Source of the DNA: Clostridia bacterium
GTDB taxonomy: Bacteria; Bacillota; Clostridia; Oscillospirales; CAG-272
DNA length: 64,000 bases
Reading direction: 5' to 3'
Assembly (NCBI GenBank): GCA_017631855.1
Contig: JAGBSP010000033.1
Coordinates: forward strand, 13,461-77,460
This document shows positions 16,676 through 26,046 of the stretch, piece by piece (within the stretch, counting starts at the first letter, position 1; every line of letters starts with the position of its first letter). A model generated the notes under the pieces. It was not told where the DNA came from, made no database searches, and saw only the letters and a list, made by a program, of their open reading frames with translations. The translations under genes and the position numbers were made by a program.

Positions 16676-17479
16676 TTATTTTTTCATATCTTTTTTATAC
16701 TGGGACGGGGTTTTACCAAAGTGCTTTTTGAAGCAGTGACAAAAGGTATTCAGTGAATTGTATCCTGCCTCATAGGCAATTTCGGTTAAGGTTTTGTCGC
16801 TGTTTTTTATTCTCGTTGCAACATACTCGCTTCTTACCGCGCCGAGATAAGTTCTGAAAGGTACCTTCAACTTATCACAAAAGAAATGAGCAATATAGGA
16901 CGGATGATAGCCGAATTCCTTTGCCAAATATGAAATGGTAAGGGGTTTCTCGAAATTATCGTGTATGTACGCGATCATTCGAGGTGCAAGATTCAATTCT
17001 TGCACTTCCTTCAACGGTTTTAGTTCAAGCACCGCTTGGATTCCCGCGATTGCAACGTATGCCCATCCGACCGATTCAAACTCGTTTTTGGCATCAACCA
17101 TTCCGCGAAACGCCAGAGCGGCGCTCTCGGGGATTCTCTCGGCCTTGATCAACGGGCATTCGGGCTGCATCGTTATAATTTGCGGCATATATTTTGTAAT
17201 TAAATCGGTGTTGCACATCACCGAAATACATTCAGTTTCCTCGTTCCCAGACGAATCGCCCAAAAGATACTCGTGAATCGTATTTGGAAAAATAACGATC
17301 GTATCTCCTGCCTTTAAGATATAGACCGTTTGATCGACCTTAATCTCTTGTATACCGGAAAAGCAATGTGCAATCTCAAGCTTATTATGAAAATGCGAAT
17401 CAAAGGAATGCGCACTTTTGTGATAATCAAAATAAATTTCCTTTTTACTGTTCTCGTAATATGGGTACATCTTTCTCAC
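16676..17479 (-). CDS. AraC-family transcriptional regulator (cupin N-domain + HTH_AraC)
   Basis: The C-terminal TLTEIAYEAGYNSLNTFCHCFKKHFGKTPSQY is a canonical AraC HTH. The N-terminal region is cupin-like. Divergent from the GH3 gene. Confidence 0.9.
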   Translation of the reverse strand: MRKMYPYYENSKKEIYFDYHKSAHSFDSHFHNKLEIAHCFSGIQEIKVDQTVYILKAGDTIVIFPNTIHEYLLGDSSGNEETECISVMCNTDLITKYMPQIITMQPECPLIKAERIPESAALAFRGMVDAKNEFESVGWAYVAIAGIQAVLELKPLKEVQELNLAPRMIAYIHDNFEKPLTISYLAKEFGYHPSYIAHFFCDKLKVPFRTYLGAVRSEYVATRIKNSDKTLTEIAYEAGYNSLNTFCHCFKKHFGKTPSQYKKDMKK

Positions 17480-17623
17480 CTCTGTCTTATTATCTTATTA
17501 TAACATATTTTTCTCGAAATGTAGCATATTTTCGTGAATATTTTGTGGAAAACTGCTTTTTTCTGTGACAAATAAATGCTATAATGATAATGAATGAATA
17601 TTTTACTACAAGGAGAAAACAAA

Positions 17624-19915
17624 ATGGCAACACTGAAAAAATGGACAAGAATCAACTATACTCCTTGCCTTCCGATTGGCAACAACAATTCAAAAATTAC
17701 GGGCTGCGAAGCACATATTGAGTTATCTCGCACTGCCGCAGGCGAAGGAGCCGTACTCTTGAAAAACAACGGCAATCTTCTTCCTCTGAACGCAGGCGCA
17801 AAGGTTGCGATTTTCGGAAACGCACAAATCGATTACGTGAAGGGCGGCGGCGGAAGCGGCAACGTTTTTTGCGAATACACGAGAAACATTTACGACGGTC
17901 TGAAACAGAAGGTCGGAAAGGTCGAGGTTTTTGACTCTCTTTCGCTCTACTACAAGGACTGCGTTGAAAAATTATATAAAGAGAATGAAAAACCCGGTAT
18001 GCTCCCCGAATCGGAGATCCCTGCCTCCTTACTTGTTGCCGCAAAGGAATTCACCGACACGGCGATCATCACCATCAACCGCTATTCCAGAGAGGAAGAG
18101 GACAGACGAAATGACGGAACCGATACCTATTTCGTTCTGAGTGCACAGGAAAAGAAGATGGTCGATGTCGTTTGCAATAATTTTGAAAAGGTCATCGTCA
18201 TTTTGAATACGGGTGCTATGATTGACACGTCTTGGTTCTCGGACAATGGCAAGATCTCCTCTGCGCTGATGGCATGGCAAGGCGGTATGGAAGGCGGACT
18301 CGCTGTAGCGGATATTCTCGTTGGCGACGTAAATCCGTCGGGCAAGCTGGTTGACACCTGCGTTTCCGGCTTTGAGGATTACCCCTCGTCGGAGGGCTTC
18401 CACGAATCGGAAGACTACGTCAAATATACCGAGGATATTTTCGTAGGCTACCGCTATTTTGAAACCGTACCCGGCAAAAAGTCCTGCGTTACGTATCCTT
18501 TCGGATTCGGTCTTTCTTATACGACCTTTGAGCTTTCCAATATGTCGGCAGTAGCTATTGGCGAAAAGATCATAGTCAGCGCCGACGTTAAAAACACGGG
18601 TAGCCGTGCCGGAAAAGAGGTCGTTCAGGTTTACTGCTCCGCTCCTGTTGGAAAAATAACCAAGCCGGCGATCGAGCTTTGCGCATTTGCCAAGACCAAG
18701 CTTCTCTCCCCCGGAGAAATCGAAACTCTCGTGATGTCGTTTGATATTTCCGATATGGCATCCTACGACGATATCGGCGACGTTCAAAAATCCGCTTATA
18801 TTCTCGAAGCGGGCGAATACAAAATCTTCGTCGGTAATTCGATACGAAACGTAACCGAGCTGGAATACAAGTACGTACTCACCGAGAACGTTATCACTCA
18901 GCAACTCACAGAATACTGCGCGCCCCAAAGTCTTGGAAAGCGCCTTACCGCCAGCGGTGAATATATCAGTGTTCCCGACAAAAAGATTACGCAAAAGAAG
19001 TTTGCTTGTGAATATCAGTGCGAGGAGAAGATTCCCGCCCCCGAGGAGATCAAGCCGCTGATGAGCGTGTATCTCGGCGAGATTTCTCTGGACGATTTTA
19101 TTGCACAGCTGACCGATGAGGAGATGATGAGACTTTTGATTGGAAAGCCGAGCAAGGGTGTTGCGCACACCGACGGTATGGGTGGACTTCCCAAATACGG
19201 CATTCCCGCACCGATGACCACCGACGGTCCTGCCGGTGTCCGTATTCACCGCACGATCGGACTCAAAACCACCGCATTCCCCGTGGCAACGATGCTTGCC
19301 TGTACTTGGAATACCGAGCTGATGGAAGAGATCGGTCACGCGGGCGCGCTTGAAGCAAAAGAAAACAATCTTTCGATCTGGCTGACTCCTGCGCTCAATA
19401 TTCACAGAAGCCCACTTTGCGGAAGAAACTTTGAGTATTTCTCCGAGGATCCGTTTGTTTCGGGTAAAATGGCTGCGGCAAAGGTCAGAGGAATTCAGTC
19501 GGTCGGCATCGCCGCGACCCTCAAGCACTTCGCCTGCAACAACAAGGAAACCAACCGTATGGAGTCGGATTCGATCGTTTCGGAGCGCGCGCTTCGCGAA
19601 ATCTACATCAAGGGCTTTGAAATTGCGGTAAAGGAATCCAAGCCGAAGCTCATTATGACCGCGTATAACGTAATCAACGGTACTCGCGCATCAGAAAATG
19701 CAGAGCTTATCACGGGTATTTTAAGAGGAGAATGGAAGTTCGACGGTCTTGTCACAACCGACTGGAGAAATCATGCTGACGCAGCAACCGAAAAGCTCGC
19801 AGGAAACGATATTCGCATGCCCGCGATGGACGACGGAATTGTTGAGGGTGTTGACAGAAATCAGCTTGCAATTTGCGTGAAACGCTTGCTTGAACTGATT
19901 TTGTGGCTTGAATAA
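17624..19915 (+). CDS. glycoside hydrolase family 3 (beta-glucosidase-like), permuted domain order
   Basis: The GH3 C-domain and Fn3-like signatures come first: LLKNNGNLLPL, GGGGSGNV, PFGFGLSYTTF. The N-domain signatures come last: KHFACNNKETNR, ALREIYIKGFE, GLVTTDW. The start is moved to the ATG at 17624 behind AGGAG; the track start is 17594. Confidence 0.9.
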   Translation: MATLKKWTRINYTPCLPIGNNNSKITGCEAHIELSRTAAGEGAVLLKNNGNLLPLNAGAKVAIFGNAQIDYVKGGGGSGNVFCEYTRNIYDGLKQKVGKVEVFDSLSLYYKDCVEKLYKENEKPGMLPESEIPASLLVAAKEFTDTAIITINRYSREEEDRRNDGTDTYFVLSAQEKKMVDVVCNNFEKVIVILNTGAMIDTSWFSDNGKISSALMAWQGGMEGGLAVADILVGDVNPSGKLVDTCVSGFEDYPSSEGFHESEDYVKYTEDIFVGYRYFETVPGKKSCVTYPFGFGLSYTTFELSNMSAVAIGEKIIVSADVKNTGSRAGKEVVQVYCSAPVGKITKPAIELCAFAKTKLLSPGEIETLVMSFDISDMASYDDIGDVQKSAYILEAGEYKIFVGNSIRNVTELEYKYVLTENVITQQLTEYCAPQSLGKRLTASGEYISVPDKKITQKKFACEYQCEEKIPAPEEIKPLMSVYLGEISLDDFIAQLTDEEMMRLLIGKPSKGVAHTDGMGGLPKYGIPAPMTTDGPAGVRIHRTIGLKTTAFPVATMLACTWNTELMEEIGHAGALEAKENNLSIWLTPALNIHRSPLCGRNFEYFSEDPFVSGKMAAAKVRGIQSVGIAATLKHFACNNKETNRMESDSIVSERALREIYIKGFEIAVKESKPKLIMTAYNVINGTRASENAELITGILRGEWKFDGLVTTDWRNHADAATEKLAGNDIRMPAMDDGIVEGVDRNQLAICVKRLLELILWLE

Positions 19916-20044
19916 TTAAAATTTTGCAGTGAACGCCGACGGCGTGATACAATAGAATTATCAACTCATTAATCTATATTATATCATAAAATCCGCTTTC
20001 TTTCACCTTTCTTCTATAAGCATAGTGCTGCGGGTTCGAATCAA

Positions 20045-20089
20045 AAAACACTGATGAGGGTTTCTCTCGATCCTCATCGGTGTTTTTTT
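20045..20089 (+). terminator. intrinsic terminator after GH3 gene
   Basis: AACACTGATGAGG ... CCTCATCGGTGTT followed by TTTTTTT. Confidence 0.7.
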
Positions 20090-20101
20090 ATCATTTTCAT
20101 C

Positions 20102-20767
20102 CTAATCCTTGAGTAATCGGAAGTAATTTTTTTTAAATTCCAATCGTCCCTCGTCGCGCATTTTGCAAAGCTCGTTTGACATTGCGCTTCGATCAACCGA
20201 CAGAAAATCCGCAAGCTGCTGACGGTTGAACGGAATGGTGAAGCTTGTGCTATTCTGCCGCTTTGCTTCCTCGGAAAGATAGGAGATCAGCTTTTCTCTC
20301 GTCGTGCGCTTGGAAATATGACCGAGCTTCTGCACCAGCGTCCGATTCTTTTCGGAAATCGCAAAAAACAAATTCTGCACCACCATAGAGTGAAATCTAC
20401 ACGCCGAGGAGCAGACGGTGATGATTCTTCGCACGTCAAAAAAAATTACCGCGCTATCCTCGACGGCAATCACGTCGTTGAGAAGCGCTCCGCTTTCGGG
20501 GGCAATATACGCCTCGCCGAACATCTCTCCCACGGCGATGCGGTTGACGATCGAGCGATTGCCCCAATAGTCATCTCTTTGAATATGAAGCTCTCCCGAC
20601 ACGAGTACCGTGATGTGATTCAAATGCTCGCCTTGGCGCAGAACGTATTCACCCTTTTTATATTCGCGAAGCCTTGCATCAAGACAAGAAAGCATCGCGC
20701 CGATTTCCTCATCGGCAACGCCTGCGAAGAGCTTTGTTTTTTTGAGTATGGAAATATATTTTTTCAT
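20102..20767 (-). CDS. Crp/Fnr-family transcriptional regulator
   Basis: cNMP-binding-like N-domain with FGE (MFGEAYI). The C-terminal HTH is REKLISYLSEEAK ... RQQLADFLSVDRSAMSNELCKM. Confidence 0.88.
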   Translation of the reverse strand: MKKYISILKKTKLFAGVADEEIGAMLSCLDARLREYKKGEYVLRQGEHLNHITVLVSGELHIQRDDYWGNRSIVNRIAVGEMFGEAYIAPESGALLNDVIAVEDSAVIFFDVRRIITVCSSACRFHSMVVQNLFFAISEKNRTLVQKLGHISKRTTREKLISYLSEEAKRQNSTSFTIPFNRQQLADFLSVDRSAMSNELCKMRDEGRLEFKKNYFRLLKD

Positions 20768-20864
20768 AAAGATCTCTTTTCTGTTGTAAAAACAACCGAC
20801 TTATTGCTTTTATTATAATATAATATGGGTGTAAAGTCAAGAACAACTGAAAAGGAGATCAATT

Positions 20865-21560
20865 ATGATTCGAAATATTATAAAGATTGATGAGGAAAAA
20901 TGCAATGGATGCGGAGCGTGTGCTGCCGCTTGTCACGAAGGTGCGATCGAGATGGTGAATGGCAAGGCTCGACTGATTCGCGAGGACTATTGCGACGGAC
21001 TTGGCGATTGTCTGCCCTCGTGCCCTACGGGAGCAATTACCTTTGAGGAGCGCGAAGCTCCTGCCTATAACGAGGAGGCCGTTCTTGCGGCAAAGAAAAG
21101 GCAGAGTGCGCCTCTGCCCTGCGGTTGTCCGGGAACAAATTCCAAAGCGATCAAACGCGATGCACAGGTTTGCTCGACCGTCAATACACCTGCGGTAAGC
21201 CAGCTTCAGCAATGGCCCGTTCAGATCAAGCTCGTGCCCGTGAATGCCCCCTATTTTGACGGCGCAAATCTTCTCGTTGCGGCAGATTGCACGGCGTATG
21301 CTTATGGAAATTTCCATAACGAGTTTATTCGCAATAAAATCACCTTGATCGGTTGCCCCAAGCTTGATAGCGTGGACTATACCGATAAACTGACGGCAAT
21401 TATTGCAAATAATAATATCAAGAGCGTGACCGTCGTGCGAATGGAAGTGCCTTGCTGCGGCGGTATTGAATATGCCGTGAAGAATGCTCTTCAGGCAAGT
21501 GGTAAATTTATTCCGTGGAGCGTTGTTACGATTTCTACGGATGGAAGAAGATTGGATTAA
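20865..21560 (+). CDS. 4Fe-4S dicluster domain protein
   Basis: Two ferredoxin-type cysteine motifs, CNGCGACAAAC and CDGLGDCLPSC, plus further Cys pairs (CGC, CC). AAGGAG precedes the ATG. Confidence 0.85.
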   Translation: MIRNIIKIDEEKCNGCGACAAACHEGAIEMVNGKARLIREDYCDGLGDCLPSCPTGAITFEEREAPAYNEEAVLAAKKRQSAPLPCGCPGTNSKAIKRDAQVCSTVNTPAVSQLQQWPVQIKLVPVNAPYFDGANLLVAADCTAYAYGNFHNEFIRNKITLIGCPKLDSVDYTDKLTAIIANNNIKSVTVVRMEVPCCGGIEYAVKNALQASGKFIPWSVVTISTDGRRLD

Positions 21561-21564
21561 CGAA

Positions 21565-21594
21565 GAAAAGCGGCTCACTGTTGAGCCGCTTTTC
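21565..21594. terminator. bidirectional terminator hairpin
   Basis: GAAAAGCGGCTCA (21565-21577) / TGAGCCGCTTTTC (21582-21594), between convergent genes. Confidence 0.75.
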
Positions 21595-21597
21595 GTT

Positions 21598-24156
21598 TTA
21601 TGCTGTTGTTCGGAAGGTATGAATTCCGGGGGCAACCTTACAGGTTTGTCCGTCGGGGAGAATGACGGTGGCGTTGCTGTTGCACGGAACTTCAAACGTA
21701 TAGAGAATTTCGTCGCCTTCGTATTTCCAAGCCGAGGAAATTTCACCCAAGGGAGAGAGATAGCTTCCCTTAGCAAAGCCAAGTCTGCGGTCGGGATAGG
21801 GGCGCAGAGTAATCGTTCCGTCCGCCACGACGATTCCCAGCACTCTGCTCATCATCCACGCGCTGACAGCGCCAAAGGAATAGTGATTATGAGAACCCTC
21901 GGGAATACCGTCCTTATCAATACCAAACCAGCTTTCCCAGATCGTGGTTGCTCCCTGACGCACCTCATAGAGCCACGATGGCTGCTCGGTTTGCAGAAGC
22001 AGATCGTAGGCAACCGACGAATATCCCCAATCGGTCAGGACATTGCACAAATAACACGTGGTCAAAAATCCCGTTCCAATTTTGTTTCCGTTATTGCGAA
22101 TCAACGTCACCAAATCTTCTGCCGCCGTCTTCTTTTCTTCCTCGGTGAGGAGCTCGTGAGCAATCGGACGAACGAAGTGGCATTGCCGCTCCGATTCAAT
22201 TCTGCCGTTCTTGACGTAGAGATAGCGGTAAGCCGCCTTGGTCTTTTCATAGGCATCTCGAAAGAACTCCGCGTCCTCGCAAAGTCCTTGGCGCTCTGCC
22301 ATCTCTTGCATCAGAAGACAGCCTTGTGCCAAGAATGCCGTGGCAATCTCGGCGTGTCCCGTCGCTTTTCCTTCCTCTGCATAATCTACGGGGGCTCTGC
22401 CCGGTTCGCACCATTCGCCCCAGTTGGTCGCAGTATCGAGAATATAGTCGCGAAACTCTTGAGGAATATTTTCGTTTTCGGGGCGCGTCTGCTTTGCTCT
22501 TTCCAGATTATACAGCATCCACCGCTTGATTGCGGGATAAAGCTCCTCGACGAGACGAGGAGAATTCAAGCGCTTCATCATATAGTAAGGCACGAGCTGA
22601 AAAGCATCGCACCAACCTGCCGAGCCATCATTCCCTACCCCGAATTTGCTTGGCTTTGCCTCTTTCCGAGGAACGACCTGAGGAATACAACCGTCTTCGT
22701 ATTGCGCAGACGCCACCTCACGCAGCCAACGCTCGAGGACGGGATACGAATCCATCAAATAGAGTGCCGCCTCGGTAAAGACCTGACAGTCGCCCGTAAA
22801 TCCAAGCTTTTCACGGTGCGGGCAATCGGTGGGAATATCCAGAAAATTGCTCTTCATACTCCAAAGAATATTTTGGAAGAGTCGATTCACTTCTGCGTTT
22901 CCGCAAGTAAAGAACGAGATTTGCTCCATATCGGAATAGACCGCAACGCCCGTAAATTCTTCGCCCGTGATTTCAAGCTCAGTTTCTACCAAAACGTAAC
23001 GGAATCCGTAATAGCACTTAGTCTGATGATAGAGATTTCTGCCCGCTTTACAGGTATATTCGATCCTCTGACGGCAGAGGGGCGAGTCGGGATTTTGGAA
23101 ATTCTCGTTTTGGAAATTGCCGTCCTTGTCCAAGACCTCACCGTGGGTCAGTACGATTTTCTCTCCCCCCTTGGCGACAAGATCAAGCTGCACGTAGCCT
23201 GCAAAGTTCTGTCCGAAATCAAGCAACTTCTGCCCATTCGGCGTGGTCAGAAGCGTTGCGGAAAATTGCTCGTGAGGCGTGATGGGAAGACAGGTACCGA
23301 CGAGCATTCCGTATCCGAAGTCCGCTTGCTTTACGCTATGCCAATCGCTGATTTCCTTTTGAGCATCGTAACGCTCAAGGCGCATCGTATCATTTTCCTG
23401 CAACGGGCCGTTTTGGCTTGCTTGCCACGTATCGTCAGATCGAACCGCAACACGTCCGTCGATCTCCAACTGACACAGAAGTGCGAGATCGGTACCAAAG
23501 CAATAACGGCGCATACTCCAGCCGTGACTTCCACGCCACCATCCTTCACCGATGCTGACAAGGATCTCATTGCGACCCTCGTGAAGCTCGCGAGCAACGT
23601 CGTAAGTCTGCACCTGAATACGGTGATCGTAGTCGCTGGTTCCGGGTGCCATATAATAACCGTCGATATGCTGACCGTTCACCCACACGTCATACACACC
23701 GTGCGCGGTGATATACAGTCTTGCTTTTTCAAAATTCGCAAGATCGAATTCTTTTCTCAAATAGCTGGCAACGTTGAGCGGAGCGCCGTATCTTGCGCGC
23801 TCACTGTACTCGGGAGAGTTTAGCTCGGGATCGATCCACTGAGCCTCCCAGTCGTTCTCTGCCAAACCGGTTTCAAATTCCATACAGACAGCCTCTCCGA
23901 GAGAGTCTGCTTCGTCCCAAAGCGTCACCGACCAAGTGACCTGCGTTTTCGATGGGATCTCGAGGGGGAGCAAATATCTTGCCTCGGACGACATTACCTT
24001 TCCGCTATCGAATACGGCTTGTCCGTCATACGCCAAAGCAACTTGAAATGCGCTCTGATACATTCCGCCAACGGGAATCCAAGACAAAACCACACGACCG
24101 GGATCAATTCCCATCGAGTGGGAAAGATCATTCGTTTTCAAATTCGAAGCAATCAT
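21598..24156 (-). CDS. alpha-L-rhamnosidase (glycoside hydrolase family 78)
   Basis: 852 aa. The N-terminal LSWIPVGGMYQSAFQVALAYDG ... and the central/C-terminal six-hairpin region (FLDIPTDCPHREKLGFTGD, TIWESW) are typical of GH78. Confidence 0.88.
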   Translation of the reverse strand: MIASNLKTNDLSHSMGIDPGRVVLSWIPVGGMYQSAFQVALAYDGQAVFDSGKVMSSEARYLLPLEIPSKTQVTWSVTLWDEADSLGEAVCMEFETGLAENDWEAQWIDPELNSPEYSERARYGAPLNVASYLRKEFDLANFEKARLYITAHGVYDVWVNGQHIDGYYMAPGTSDYDHRIQVQTYDVARELHEGRNEILVSIGEGWWRGSHGWSMRRYCFGTDLALLCQLEIDGRVAVRSDDTWQASQNGPLQENDTMRLERYDAQKEISDWHSVKQADFGYGMLVGTCLPITPHEQFSATLLTTPNGQKLLDFGQNFAGYVQLDLVAKGGEKIVLTHGEVLDKDGNFQNENFQNPDSPLCRQRIEYTCKAGRNLYHQTKCYYGFRYVLVETELEITGEEFTGVAVYSDMEQISFFTCGNAEVNRLFQNILWSMKSNFLDIPTDCPHREKLGFTGDCQVFTEAALYLMDSYPVLERWLREVASAQYEDGCIPQVVPRKEAKPSKFGVGNDGSAGWCDAFQLVPYYMMKRLNSPRLVEELYPAIKRWMLYNLERAKQTRPENENIPQEFRDYILDTATNWGEWCEPGRAPVDYAEEGKATGHAEIATAFLAQGCLLMQEMAERQGLCEDAEFFRDAYEKTKAAYRYLYVKNGRIESERQCHFVRPIAHELLTEEEKKTAAEDLVTLIRNNGNKIGTGFLTTCYLCNVLTDWGYSSVAYDLLLQTEQPSWLYEVRQGATTIWESWFGIDKDGIPEGSHNHYSFGAVSAWMMSRVLGIVVADGTITLRPYPDRRLGFAKGSYLSPLGEISSAWKYEGDEILYTFEVPCNSNATVILPDGQTCKVAPGIHTFRTTA

Positions 24157-24194
24157 TTGTGCACCTCCAAAATGCCTGTTTTCTACTATTTAAA

Positions 24195-24223
24195 AGTATA
24201 CCATAGCAGAGATTGTATGTCAA
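24195..24223 (-). promoter_or_regulatory. SigA-type promoter for the rhamnosidase gene
   Basis: On the minus strand: TTGACA (24218-24223), a 17-nt spacer, then TATACT (24195-24200) with an upstream TG. Confidence 0.55.
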
Positions 24224-24464
24224 GATTTCTCGTCCTTTTAAACCACCTTGCACAAAAGAACAAGGCAACTCTCTTTTGTGGTCACCTTTTATGCCGCAAC
24301 AAATCCAAATTGCATCTATAACTATTCGAATCATCTGTTGTACACCATGCAACTTTGTTGAACAAATAGGTTTTCACTTTGTATATTCCTTCTATTCAAA
24401 AGCATTATCCAAACGCCGAAATATTGTATTCTTTCTTGGCTATCCTTTTCCTTACAATCACTTT

Positions 24465-25256
24465 TTACGGCGCATAATCCTTTATAATTTCCATAATATC
24501 GTTCCTATACACATTTCCGCCGAGAACGTCGCCGTTAGGCTCGAACGACACGCAACGCACGTCGCACGGATCCTCCACGTACGGATTTTCAGGAAGTTTG
24601 TCCGCAAAATACTCAGCGAGGTATTTTAGTGCATTGCCTTCGGGAAAAATGATATTTCCCTCTCCCTCGGGAATCTCCATATCCCCAAAACTATCAAGAA
24701 TTTTTCTTGTTTTTTGGTTGTACGGATTGTCGTCTGTCGCGCTCGTAAGCCACGCAGGTTGAAGGCGTATCGGTATGCCGCACTTCTTTGCTTCTGCGGC
24801 AAACTGCTTCACTACGTCAAGCGGTATCGTTTCCTGATGAAACGCATCCACCGACAAAAGCAGATCATTCACGCCGCACTCGGCAAGTTGCTCCGCGACC
24901 TCGCTAAGTCTATCGGCATTCTTTGAAAAATAGCCGTTGGTGATCACCTGCCGTTTGGGAATATTCAGTTCCTTTGCGGCAGTCATAATCCCATAAACCG
25001 CATCGGCATACAAAAGCGGTTCGCCGCCAAAGGTCATCACAGTTTTGATGTTATACTCCGCCGCGATTTTCCTCACCGCATCTGCGGCAATTTGCGGATC
25101 AATTCGCTCACCATAAGCAGCGTGATCGCCCTCGGAACAGTGCTTGCACCGACCCGTACAGGCGTAGGTCACGACAAATTCGATTTTGTTTAGTTTTTTC
25201 AGATATTGGTTCAATTCGCGCCACCCGCTGATTTTTCGATCCAACTCTTGGACCAC
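24465..25256 (-). CDS. radical SAM protein
   Basis: CTGRCKHCS (CxxxCxxC) near the N-terminus. The track start is GTG at 25256, which overlaps the upstream gene by 46 nt. TTG at 25212-25214, overlapping the upstream TGA, is an alternative start. Confidence 0.85.
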   Translation of the reverse strand: MVQELDRKISGWRELNQYLKKLNKIEFVVTYACTGRCKHCSEGDHAAYGERIDPQIAADAVRKIAAEYNIKTVMTFGGEPLLYADAVYGIMTAAKELNIPKRQVITNGYFSKNADRLSEVAEQLAECGVNDLLLSVDAFHQETIPLDVVKQFAAEAKKCGIPIRLQPAWLTSATDDNPYNQKTRKILDSFGDMEIPEGEGNIIFPEGNALKYLAEYFADKLPENPYVEDPCDVRCVSFEPNGDVLGGNVYRNDIMEIIKDYAP

Positions 25257-25882
25257 AAAAACAATACCTCTGACATTTCATTGAATTCGATCTTTCCACC
25301 GTTTTTAAGACGCAGAAATCCTTCCATAATCACTCGATCGTCCGAAGAAAGAATTTCGAGCAGATCCTTTTGACGGCTGATATATCTTCCCGTCTGCCGG
25401 AAAGCGATCGCCTGCACAACAAAGGACGCGGATTTATATAATCCTCTGACGATATCATCACTTTTTTCGTGGAGCATATTATGCACACAGCCGTGAAAGA
25501 TATTGCAAGCGCCGATCTTTATTGCTCTTTCAACATCAGCATCATCGATCAGAGACAGCAATTCTTCAAGGCTGCCCTTTATCGGATGCGTATCATAATA
25601 AAACTGAAAAAGATCGGAAGGCTCCCAATGAAGAAGCTCACTTTTCCCCGAAAGAAAACCGCAAATCAGTTCTCTGTGCGGCAAGGTATCGAGCATCATA
25701 TCATAGGCTTCGATATCAATTGCGGACAGCTCATCAAGTATTACCACGACATCAATATCGCTTGAATCAGTTGCTTCACCTCGCCCATAACTTCCCTGCA
25801 AGCCGACAAACCATACACGATTTCCAAATTTTTCGCTTAAAGCCTTCAAAAATCGATCCATCCAACCGGTAATTTCTATCAT
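25211..25882 (-). CDS. nucleotidyltransferase-domain protein (ANT/KNT-like)
   Basis: GSYGRGEATDSSDIDVVVIL is the G-S-x(n)-D-x-D polymerase-beta-fold NTase motif. The track start at 25891 is GTG. I prefer the ATG at 25880-25882 behind GAGGTGA. Confidence 0.82.
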   Translation of the reverse strand: MIEITGWMDRFLKALSEKFGNRVWFVGLQGSYGRGEATDSSDIDVVVILDELSAIDIEAYDMMLDTLPHRELICGFLSGKSELLHWEPSDLFQFYYDTHPIKGSLEELLSLIDDADVERAIKIGACNIFHGCVHNMLHEKSDDIVRGLYKSASFVVQAIAFRQTGRYISRQKDLLEILSSDDRVIMEGFLRLKNGGKIEFNEMSEVLFLWSKSWIEKSAGGAN

Positions 25883-25887
25883 TTCAG

Positions 25888-26046
25888 TCACCTCGTAAAA
25901 TTACAGTATATGTCTATCGCCAGTAAGCCCTCGGTTGCTTCAGTCCACTTCTCTTTTGTATCATTCTTCGTTTTCTTCTCGTACTCACGATAAGCGTCAG
26001 TGTTTCTCCAATCCTCGCAAGCTTCGGATTCGTAAGACTTGTTCAT
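25888..26046 (-). pseudogene. 5' remnant of a TipAS-domain gene (52 codons)
   Basis: The hand translation MNKSYESEACEDWRNTDAYREYEKKTKNDTKEKWTEATEGLLAI-DIYCNFTR* aligns with the first ~44 residues of the intact TipAS protein at 3449-3826. It then diverges and stops at the start of the NTase gene. Confidence 0.6.

Noticed and set aside
18029-19528. 499-aa minus-strand ORF (plus 17697-18044 and 18127-18357)
   Set aside because: It is antisense to the GH3 gene. The sense strand has unambiguous GH3 signatures and the antisense translation is featureless.
20859-21782. 307-aa minus-strand ORF
   Set aside because: It is antisense to the 4Fe-4S protein gene and runs through the bidirectional terminator at 21565-21594.
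21484-23823. 779-aa plus-strand ORF
   Set aside because: It lies entirely antisense to the GH78 rhamnosidase gene. It has a low-complexity R/L/S-rich translation with no motifs. This is the typical shadow ORF of a GC-rich, codon-biased gene.
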